Shown: one piece after another, positions 18,918 through 28,131 of the stretch
How the letters are laid out: each line of letters begins with the position of its first letter
How positions within the stretch are numbered: the first letter of the stretch is position 1
From: a bacterium
GTDB lineage: Bacteria > Hinthialibacterota > Hinthialibacteria > Hinthialibacterales > Hinthialibacteraceae
Reading direction: 5' to 3'
Length of the DNA stretch: 36,410 nt
NCBI GenBank assembly: GCA_963663405.2
Contig: CAXXSM010000001.1
Span: 1 to 36,410 of the forward strand
Made by a program: the position numbers and the translations under genes
Notes under the pieces: model-generated
The model's database searches: none
What the model saw: only the letters and a program-made list of their open reading frames with translations
What the model was told of the DNA's origin: nothing

Positions 18918-19944
18918 GATTCATCACCTCATATGGAGTATTAATATCTGTCATTCCAATTGAATACAAAAAATTGAAAGTTTGTTTTGATATGATCTTA
19001 TGTAAATAACTATTTCTATAATCTATAGTTGTTGTAAGTGCTTTACATTCTCCTTTTAATTTAACTCTATCCATAAATAGATCTATCGCATTATTATTTT
19101 CAATGATTTTTAACGTATTTTTTAATTCTACTTTTCGAAAATGTATACTAACAATTGATTGGCATAAATTATGTAAGTGATTAGGGATCAAATGAGGAGC
19201 CTCAACTAACACTTGATTAAGGAATTCAATGAACGCTTGATTGTATTTAAATAACTGAGGATTGTGCAATTCTGCAAGACGTACAGGACTCATCCCACGA
19301 ATGATTTTCATAGGACACCTTGTATAAAGACCATTTTTTGCGTCATAATAAACGAACGAATTCGCTCTGACAGAAAATGAAATTTGATTTTTGCGATTTA
19401 AAGGACAAGGTAGCGTCAGTTCCGTCTCAGCATTCTCATAGTCGGTGTACAATAAGACAAAAGAATCCTTTTTACTTATTCTTCTTTCATGGGTAAAGAT
19501 AATTTCACACGTTTGATCGATATTATTTCTGCGGGACATGGACGCCATGCGAAATTGATCTCTTGGTGATGGCTCAGATAATCCCAATTCCCAGTGTGAA
19601 TGTTGCTCACCATGGATTTGAATGTAATGCTCTGAATATTTCTGCACGCTCTCTTCTCTTAGACGGTCTAAATCCTGTTTAAAACGACTTGAAGAACAAA
19701 TTGATTTTGGGCCGGGTTGCGATGCATAACATATGATCGATCTACCTCCATGTGAACATAAACCATACAATTCACCTCCTATCTCTCTTCGAAATACTAA
19801 AAGCGACAAATAAGCGGAGAAAATCAACTCTAGTTCAAAAATCGTAATATATGTTTTACCAATAAATCTATCGAAGTATCGATATTTATAACCCAAAAAC
19901 TCATTTTGACTTTTAAAACTAATAGAACTTGATTGATCGTTCAT
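18892..19944 (-). CDS. JAB/MPN (Mov34) metallopeptidase domain protein
   Basis: REIGGELYG (catalytic Glu), PGPKS, HSH...EPSPRD (JAMM HxH..S..D motif). Confidence 0.82.
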   Translation of the reverse strand: MNDQSSSISFKSQNEFLGYKYRYFDRFIGKTYITIFELELIFSAYLSLLVFRREIGGELYGLCSHGGRSIICYASQPGPKSICSSSRFKQDLDRLREESVQKYSEHYIQIHGEQHSHWELGLSEPSPRDQFRMASMSRRNNIDQTCEIIFTHERRISKKDSFVLLYTDYENAETELTLPCPLNRKNQISFSVRANSFVYYDAKNGLYTRCPMKIIRGMSPVRLAELHNPQLFKYNQAFIEFLNQVLVEAPHLIPNHLHNLCQSIVSIHFRKVELKNTLKIIENNNAIDLFMDRVKLKGECKALTTTIDYRNSYLHKIISKQTFNFLYSIGMTDINTPYEVMNHVIYRIKD

Positions 19945-19979
19945 TTTTCCAAACCTGTTTATACCGCGTTAAAAAATTT

Positions 19980-20008
19980 AGTATACTTAAAATCAAGAAT
20001 ATTGTCAA
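19980..20008 (-). promoter_or_regulatory. sigma70 promoter of the JAB-E2-E1-ATPase operon
   Basis: Minus strand TTGACA (20008-20003), 17 bp, TATACT (19985-19980), ~35 nt upstream of the JAB ATG. Confidence 0.75.
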
Positions 20009-20264
20009 TACTTAGACAGAAAAAATAATATAAAAGGCAAAAAAAATAAATTTAATTTTTTTTAAAATATATTAACTAATATTATAAAATATTAGATAAA
20101 TAGATAATAAAAATATTGATTCATTTTGATATTGATTTTTTGATTTATTATAATATAATAATCCTCGACTCTTCTTTGTGACTCAGAGAGTTTGACAATT
20201 CCGGGAATACAGAGTTTTTTTTTGAACCATTCAAATTTAAAGATAATGAGATTATGAAAAATTT

Positions 20265-20293
20265 TTGACAATAAATGATATTGTTTATGGAAT
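20265..20293 (+). promoter_or_regulatory. Possible divergent sigma70 promoter
   Basis: TTGACA-17 bp-TGGAAT in very AT-rich DNA, so a chance match is plausible. Confidence 0.35.
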
Positions 20294-20603
20294 ATATGTA
20301 ACCTATTATTCTTGGGTTATGATATAGATGAAATAATTACTATAGTCAGAAATGGCGTAGAAAGAGATGAGAATATATTATAAAGAGGATGAACGATAGA
20401 TATGGTGGTTAAGTCAATTGCAAGAATCCGAAGAAATAACTTCCTCCTTTAGGCGACTCTTAATAATAACGCTTTGAGCGGTTTATTATTTACAGGTCTT
20501 CGACTCTACCGGAGGTTGTAACTGTTAATAGATGATTTCTTATTTGACTATTTATATAGCATCAATAATCAAATTGGTCACTTTTATATATTTGGAATGA
20601 ATT

Positions 20604-21916
20604 ATGAAAAATCCATTATCGCAATTGATGGGGCAAGTATTTAAGCATTTTTCGAGATCAATCAGGACGTTCTGTTGAAGAATTATCCAAACGCCTTGGT
20701 ATGAGCACATCAAGTTATCGTATGATAGAGGCGGGATCAATGCTTCTTCAACCAGATAAATCAATAAACTTGATTCAGCTATTTCCCGTATTTCATTTTC
20801 CTAAATTGTGCGAATTCATTACCGCCCAACATATGTTACAAGATTCTATCCACGATAAAGCAGATATCAAATCGACGATATTAACTATCTCAGAAGTTGA
20901 TGCTGGTTTGGAATCTCTATTTTCTAACTTAAAACCTTTATGGCATCCTGCAACACTTGATGATCCAATAAAGGTTGTCGAAATTATAAAACAATATAAT
21001 TTAGACAAAATATTAATTGATTTTCTATCAGATTCTGCGAATCCTCTTATTACAAATATTAACAATAATGAAAATACCCTTTGCATAAGAATACAAGATC
21101 AGATATCACCTTTTTATATTCAATGCGCCCAGAATTGGTTGAATGGTCTATATGGATTTTATCCATCCCTATCACCTGAAGGGAATTCGATCTTGGGAGA
21201 AGAATCATTCATCAATCATGCAAAGAATAATAGGAGTTGTCAGGAACGAGGAAACACTTATTGAAGATATAGAAAAATTTGATATGTGTTATGAATATTT
21301 ATGGAATCCAAATTTTTTATCAATGGAAGTAATTTGTTTATCTGAAAAAGATGCAAAATTAATCAAAGAAAAATTTACGGAAAAATTAGAAAATTATTTT
21401 AAGAAAAAACAAAATATATACACTTATCATCTAGACTATTTGGATAAAAATAATGAGGACAAAAGTCGCTATTTACAATGGATCTGCTTCGGCGAAAAAT
21501 GATATAGAATCTTTACTAACTTTAGAGATAAATGGAAGGATGAAAAAGTATGAATAATTTGTGGTTTTATGGTCTACAAAAGTATAACTTTATAGCTTTC
21601 ATGGATGATAGTAATCCTCACGATAATACATCATATCCTTATTTGGGTGTGAGTTTATACTACAAAGATACTTTACGGAAATTGAAAATGTTTAAAACAA
21701 TCAGGGATGATAAAATATTGAAAATTGGACAAAGCGGTACTGACCCAGAATTTTTTGTGCCGGATTATGGGACTATAGAATACCCCTCCTAAATCTACTG
21801 AGTTGTCATGTATTACAACTGAGAAGGCAGTGCTTGAAAGACTGTCAACAATCCAATACTTCCAGGATGTTGATCATGAATTAATTACGAAAACGCATGA
21901 TTTCTGGAAGATATGA
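20604..21916 (+). pseudogene. XRE-family HTH protein with large C-terminal domain (~435 aa), five +1 frameshifts
   Basis: Reads MKNPLSQLMGQVFKH/FRDQSGRSVEELSKRLGMSTSSYRMIEAG (XRE HTH). Removing one base from each of five short runs (~20650, 21223, 21497, 21545, 21785) joins ORFs 20701, 21143, 21550 and a tail ending HDFWKI*. Could be consensus error. Confidence 0.65.
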
Positions 21917-22133
21917 CATTCCGATTAGCAAGAATCAGTGAAGTCACACAAAAAGAATACACCCGAGCCTTAGTCTCGTTCACACCGGCAATTCGATTGT
22001 TCGCCAGAATGCAATACTGAGGAACTCTCCTAATATTTATTGAACTTTCGAGACGTTAAGAAGGCCGCTCTAGAAACGTTTAAAGTCTACTTGTCTATTC
22101 CATTCCGCTGATTTAGGTCACTATTTTCGGAGT

Positions 22134-23743
22134 GTAATTGGTCAGCCACCTGAAGTGAAAAATCCCTCTAAATAACATATTGTGTAATATCCCCCTTTAC
22201 AAATCCCTCTACTTTAGATTGACTACAGATATAGTCTATAATGCGAAATTGCTTGAGGGAAAATGCCCACAGAAGTCATTCGGAAACAGATTGGAGATTT
22301 TTTTAAATCAATCGGTCTCTGTTTCAGAAAAAGATCTCAAAAACTTAGCTCGCACTCTCATGGAAAATGGAGAAGACGGCATTCTATTTCTTCTTCTCCA
22401 ATGCTCCAAACGAATTCAAGAATTGGAGAAGGGACACCCATCATCAATCACCCCCTCAACGCCTTCTGGCATGATTCCTCCTTATCAAAAAGCATCTGCA
22501 CAAACAAAAAAGAAAAAGAAAAAAAGAAGGCGGGCGCCCAAAAGGGCCATCCAGGTTCCCGCCGTTCCAAACCTGATAAAATTGACCACCAAGAAGACCA
22601 TCGGCTCGACCGCTGTCCTGATTGCGGCGGGCCTCTCCAGCGATGCGATGGAGAGCAAAGCACTCGTTCTCGAATCATCGAGGATATTCCAGAGGACATT
22701 CAGCCCATAGTGACGGAACACATTATCCATCGAGATTATTGTCCGGCCTGCCAAAAACACGTTGAAACCGAAAATCGATACCGCTTTGCGAAAATCAACG
22801 ATTGGCAATCGCTTGTTGTGTTTGACGGCCTTCTGGCATTATGCGCTGGGGATGACGACGGCGCAAATTCCTGGACACCCTGAATTACCATTTGCACTTT
22901 CAATTAAGCAAGGGAGGCTTGATCCAGAAATGGCATCAGTTACGAATGATCTTGCTTGTCTGGTATGAAGCGCTGGCCGCCGAAGTCCAACAATCGGCGG
23001 TGTTGCACGCGGATGAAACCGGCTAGCGCGTGAACGGACAGGACCCATTGGTTATGGTGCTTCACCAACGATCACACGACCTTCTATATGGTGGATCGCA
23101 GCCGGGGCAGTCCGGCCCTGAAACGATTCTTCCAAGAAGAATTCAATGGGATTCTGGTCACGGACTTTTGGGCGGCTTACGATGCGGTCACGAATGGAGA
23201 CCGGCAGTTTTGTCTGGTTCATCTGCTGCGCGAGTTGGAAAAGGTGAACCAGCGGAATGCCGCGGATGAGTGGCAGGCGTTTTCCAAAAAGACAAAGCGT
23301 TTGATCAAAGACGCTCTTCGGTTACGCGCGCAGGAGGATTTCACTCCCCAAACCTATGCGTCCCGAATCGACCGGCTCTATGAACGCTTGTTGGATTTGG
23401 CGTTGGCCTCTTACACGGATCCTGATACGCGCCGTTTGGCGAAGCGCTTGGAGAAATACCGGGAAGAGTTGTTCACTTTCTTAACTCACCCAAATGTTTC
23501 GAGCGATAACAATCATGCGGAACGGGAAATCCGTTCGGCCGTGTTGATGCGGAAAGTCATTTATGGGAACCGCAGCGCCGATGGCGCATTGACTCAATCC
23601 GTTTTGATGACCGTGTTTCGAACTCTCAAACGGCGAGGCTATAATCCAATCCAGACGCTCGTCTCGACTCTCAGCGATTTTATACTAACCGAAAAATTGC
23701 CCCTTTTCCCACCCGTTATCACTTCACATGACTGACTTGATAC
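22134..23743 (+). mobile_element. IS66-family (single-ORF, ISBst12-like) element, 1610 bp
   Basis: Ends GTAATTGGTCAGCCA / rc GTATCAAGTCAGTCA. 8-bp TSD TTCGGAGT (22126-22133) vs TCCGGAGT (23744-23751), one mismatch. Confidence 0.78.
22263..23735 (+). pseudogene. IS66 TnpC-type transposase, several frameshifts and an in-frame TAG
   Basis: GAQKGHPG, CPDCG...CPAC zinc finger, LHADETG*RVNG (TAG at 23024-23026 replacing W), LVTDFWAAY, QFCLVHLLRE, DNNHAEREIR. The start position is uncertain. Confidence 0.85.
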
Positions 23744-23786
23744 TCCGGAGTAAACCGGCCACCTTTTCCGGGGATTCCGGCCACCT
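23744..23786. repeat. IS21-like terminal remnant (CCGGCCACCT twice, 22-bp period)
   Basis: TCCGGAGTAAACCGGCCACCTTTTCCGGGGATTCCGGCCACCT resembles reiterated IS21 end repeats. No istA/istB in the window. Confidence 0.5.
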
Positions 23787-23835
23787 TCTGTTGCTCTCTC
23801 TAAAACTCATTTACTTTTATGATAAATTGCGTATT

Positions 23836-24006
23836 CACTTTACTCTAGTTGAAGGAATTCCTTTGATTTGGTCCAATACGGCGCTATTGTGGTGATTACG
23901 GGCCAAAGAAGCATTAAGACGATATTGTTTGGGCTTACTAAAATCACCTCTGAATTGAGAACAATAGAGCCTATACACGTATTCAAAATGGCACTAGAGT
24001 AAAGTG
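23836..24006. repeat. Perfect 14-bp inverted repeat bracketing 171 bp
   Basis: CACTTTACTCTAGT (23836-23849) / ACTAGAGTAAAGTG (23993-24006). Confidence 0.7.
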
Positions 24007-24718
24007 CATAAGGAGATATGATATATTTTTCTCTTTTTTTTTACGAACCTGCCGCAACGAAAGGATCTTGTAGTAAGCCTGAAGTCGCAGCGGATCGCTT
24101 CATGTCATTTCTCCATCACGCTTTTCGGAAACAATCTGGAGCATGACAGCCCATTCCTAAAAAAACTCAGATTTCCTTCGTGTCGTTTTTGATATATTTC
24201 GTATGATTACATTCTCCCTTTTAGAATAATTTTCGTATTCGTCTATGGCCAGCCAGTCCGGAATTTCGGACTGGCCGTGCGGGCCACGGAATGGAGGCAT
24301 ACATCAAGCGAAAAAACGATATGAAGTCCCTCTTTTTTAGTGCTTGCTTCCGGTTAAAGATCGATTTCAAGCAAATGTTACAATGCCGATGGATTATTAG
24401 GAAGAGCGACAAAGAGGGATCGTTTATCTTTCCTCTACTTACCTGAAGTCAATGCATGGACTTTGGCAGTCCCATTGCTATCCCACTTGGATTTCCCCAA
24501 CCAAAAAACCTCCAACCACATCAGAGACACTTGGTAAAGAGTTTTTCACTCAGTCTGCTCCGCCACAGGGCTGCCAGACGTGAAACCATATTCTATGCAC
24601 TATTATAGGTTCTCTCATTTTCTCCGCAATTCGTCCAAGAAGGTAGACTTTCTGGACCACCAAGAAAATTCGTGGTTTAACGATAGATTTATATATAATT
24701 TCATGCATAGTTATTTCT

Positions 24719-24937
24719 ATGCAACAACCAACTGATCCTATCCTCACTTTTCCAAATAAACGTGGAAAGCGCCTTTCTCAAAATCTTGTTGTGTTACGAG
24801 AACAAAGGAGTAACGGCCAATTCACTATCACTATCCCCTCTGGAGTGGTAAAAGCCCTTCGTCTTCAAGGAGGAGACAAATTACAAGTGTTTATCGATCG
24901 TGGTGACATTGTATTTCGAGTGGTGAATGACAAATGA
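24719..24937 (+). CDS. AbrB/MazE/SpoVT-family DNA-binding protein
   Basis: GQFTITIPSGVVKALRLQGGDKLQVFIDRGDIVF swapped-hairpin motif; ATGA overlap with the recombinase. Confidence 0.8.
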   Translation: MQQPTDPILTFPNKRGKRLSQNLVVLREQRSNGQFTITIPSGVVKALRLQGGDKLQVFIDRGDIVFRVVNDK

Positions 24938-25701
24938 AAAAAAATGTATTTGGATATATAAGAGTTTCAACCGGTGAACAAGGAAAAAAATATTCATTAG
25001 AAGCACAAAAACTTGAAATCGAGTTGTATTGTAAAAATAAAGAATTAGAGTTACTACGGATATTTGAAGACCAGACCAGTGGAACCAAGTTACGGGAACG
25101 CGCCGGTCTTATGTCACTGCTCGATTCCGTCGATAAATCCTTGACAGCGGTCATCGTAACCGAGGCGGATCGTTTGTCTCGCGATGTTTTTCATTTCGGA
25201 TGGTTGTACACACATTTTATGCAGCAAGGCGTTGAACTCATCCTTATCAATGATCGAGTGGGAACGACACCGTCCGAAAGAGCGTTTTCCAAGGTCCGAG
25301 CAGTATTTTCGGAGTTTGAGCATGAATTAAGGCGAGCGCGTATTGAGCGTGGTTTGCTACGAGCACGCGAAAACGGTAAATTCATGAACCGTCCACCGCT
25401 TGGTTATCGTATGGAAAATAATCGCATAGTGATCGATGAAAAAGCAAGCGAAATTATCAAAGAAGTGTTCACCCTCGCATCGAATGGATCGTCGCTTTCG
25501 ATTATTTCTCAACGCACAGGAGTCAAACGCTCTACAGTTGGATCTATCTTGAAGAATCCATTCTACATTGATGGCGCTATTCATGGCCGTCATGATACGT
25601 TTCTTGATCCCAACCTATGGCGCTCTGTCCAGATGCGCACATCGAAGCGAAATCATAATCTACTCTCCCGTCATTCCGGTGAAAATAAACGAAAACTTTA
25701 A
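24934..25701 (+). CDS. Serine recombinase (resolvase domain plus short recombinase domain)
   Basis: GYIRVSTGEQ catalytic Ser, SLEAQ, DRLSRD, PPLGY, ILKNPFYIDG. Confidence 0.92.
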   Translation: MKKNVFGYIRVSTGEQGKKYSLEAQKLEIELYCKNKELELLRIFEDQTSGTKLRERAGLMSLLDSVDKSLTAVIVTEADRLSRDVFHFGWLYTHFMQQGVELILINDRVGTTPSERAFSKVRAVFSEFEHELRRARIERGLLRARENGKFMNRPPLGYRMENNRIVIDEKASEIIKEVFTLASNGSSLSIISQRTGVKRSTVGSILKNPFYIDGAIHGRHDTFLDPNLWRSVQMRTSKRNHNLLSRHSGENKRKL

Positions 25702-25726
25702 TAAGGTGTACGAATTCTCTATCCTT

Positions 25727-26152
25727 ATGGAAAGACAAAAAATCATAAATAAATACATCCTGTCACGAAAGATTTCAGAGAACTTTGATCTCACATTGAA
25801 GCGGTCGGGTAGAATAGTGAGTAAAATCTTTGATGTAATTGCGGAAGCGATCGTCAAAGGTGATCGAGTTCTGTTAGTCGGCTTCGGAACCTTCCATGCG
25901 AGAAATCGTAAAAGAAGACGAATCTTGCATCCAAGGACTCGTGAACCGATCGAACTTCCTGAACGACGAGTTGTTCAATTCCGGCCAGGAAAGAAACTCA
26001 AGAGAATGACGGCAAATCAATTGGATCAGTCGGAAGAAGAAAAGGGTGACCAACATGAACATGCGCACCCCCAGAATCAGTGTGAAGATTCAAATCAACC
26101 ACATTCCGATCAAAACACTCAACCAATGAATGATTATCCGGCTTCAGGATGA
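25727..26152 (+). CDS. HU/IHF-family DNA-binding protein with low-complexity tail
   Basis: GDRVLLVGFGTF...RRILHPRTREPIELPERRVVQFRPGKKLK. ATG 25727 avoids overlap with the recombinase. Confidence 0.85.
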   Translation: MERQKIINKYILSRKISENFDLTLKRSGRIVSKIFDVIAEAIVKGDRVLLVGFGTFHARNRKRRRILHPRTREPIELPERRVVQFRPGKKLKRMTANQLDQSEEEKGDQHEHAHPQNQCEDSNQPHSDQNTQPMNDYPASG

Positions 26153-28131
26153 GCACGAAATCTATCTTGTGAGAGATGGAATGGCATAAACCTTTATGTT
26201 ATTTATATTTAAGTTCGTTTTATATGAAATCTAGAGGTATACGGATGCAAAATCGGCTTCCATATGAGAATATTATATGATATAAAATTAAATTATTAAT
26301 GAGTTAAACATATAATAATATGGTATATATAATACTATATTATTCAAAAAATCCTCTATTCTTTAGCAATCTTAATTCAAGCAATTTTCCCCTTAAATCA
26401 AAAATTTGTTGTGATATCTTATACGTATATTTTAGAGTGATTTTGGAGGAAAATCATGGCTGATCAAACCCGAAAAAAGAAGATCAAGAGAGTTTATGGG
26501 GACCGGTTGTCTTTATCAGAGGAATGGGTTTTGGTATGTCAGTTTTCGTCATGAAGGAAAACAACTTGTACGCGCGGTTGTAGAACCGAGTACGAAACGG
26601 CGGGCGGTGAATAAAATCCAAGCCGAAAAATGGGCTCAGGAGATGATGTATCGAATTTCCCATGGCGAAAAGGGCGCATTGGATTGGAAGATCGAGTGAA
26701 GAAAAAGAATTTTATTTTACTCCAAGAACTTGATGAAGCTTATTGCCAGGCGTTTGAAGAACAATGGGATGAAAAACGAAGAGTCCATCACCGGAATGTC
26801 ATAGGGCGGTTTACAAAACGCTTTACCCATGTTCGTGATATTACACATGAATCGCTCGGACAATACGTGAAAGAACGTAAAAGTCCTTCATCCCGTGGTT
26901 CGATTCGTTCAAACGCTACTATCAACAGAGAACTATCAGAGTTACGAAGGATTCTGAATTGGGCTTTGCAAGTTGACCTCATTGAGAGAAATCCATTTCT
27001 TGGATTTAAACTACTCAAAGAAGAAAACCACCGGGAGAGAATTTTAACGGATGAAGAATTGCAACGTCTATTATCGACGCTCAAGAAGAAAGAATTTTCG
27101 GATTTTCGTCCAATTGTGTTGATTGCATTGTATATGGGAATGCGGCGGGGCGAGATCATGAATTTGAAATGGTCGGATGTTGATGAGTCGAAACAAGAAT
27201 TCGATCTACTCAAGACCAAAAATGGAAAACGCCGGAGGCTTCCAATCCCCGATATCGTGTGGAAAGAATTGAGAAAGATCAAAAGAAATTCTGAATACAT
27301 CTTTGACGCCCCGGTAAAAAGTCCGAATTTCGATTTATCCCGAAATACTCGTTTCTCATACCCTATGCAGTATGTCTATAATAAATTCTAAAGAACCGGA
27401 TTCCAACTATATGTTTTGACAGCCTCCCGGGTGGTTCTCACGTCGAAAAAGGCCGAAAACGGGCCTTTTTACGCCCGCGCCGCCTGAATGATGTTCCAAC
27501 CCAGCGCTTTCAGCGTGACCGCGAAGCGCACTCTCGCCAGCCCTCTCACTCGCAAGCGCCCCAATCCCAGCATTCGTTTCAGTTTCGCGTTCAGGGCTTC
27601 AATCCCTGAACGCAATCGGTACCTCTCCCGAAACTCATCCGACTCCTCCGCCACACGCCGTTGCGCCAATCGCAATTGCTTCGGCGTGTATTCCAACTTA
27701 CATTCCGCGTTCATTCCCACGCTGCAATAGTCATGATGTTCACAGTTGGCGCAGATTTCTGGATCGAAGTAAATTTTCAATCCATCGTCTTTCCCGCGCT
27801 GGATTTCACACGGCGCCTCCCCGGCCGGACACGACGTCACTTCCCCCGTTTCTTCATCGACCGTAAAGTCGTCCAAGATGAGTTTGGTCTCTTTGCTTTT
27901 CGGCTTTCCCATCGTGGGAGCGATCAAGTCCACTCCTTCTCCCGCCGCCTTCTGCACGTTCTCGTCGCTTCCATATAGACTATCAACCAACAACTCTTCC
28001 GGCGCGCAGCCCCGCTCTTTCGTCTCTTCAATGGCTGGCAGCGCCGCGTCGCTGTCACTGCAATTCGCCGGTTCCACGTCAACGTACGTGATCAAATCCG
28101 GCGCCGCCGATTCGTCATCGGCCGTCTTGTC

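Noticed and set aside
17068-19944. Calling the locus CBASS, Pycsar or Bil
   Set aside because: No CD-NTase, cyclase, cyclic-nucleotide effector or Ubl gene is recognisable.
24550-24565. TCAGTCTGCTCCGCCA resembling a tRNA 3' end (att core)
   Set aside because: No T-arm TTCG motif, no cloverleaf and no second copy in the window.
26179-26204. dif/Xer-like site GGCATAA-ACCT-TTATGTTATTT
   Set aside because: The central spacer is 4 bp rather than 6 bp, and the region is very AT-rich.
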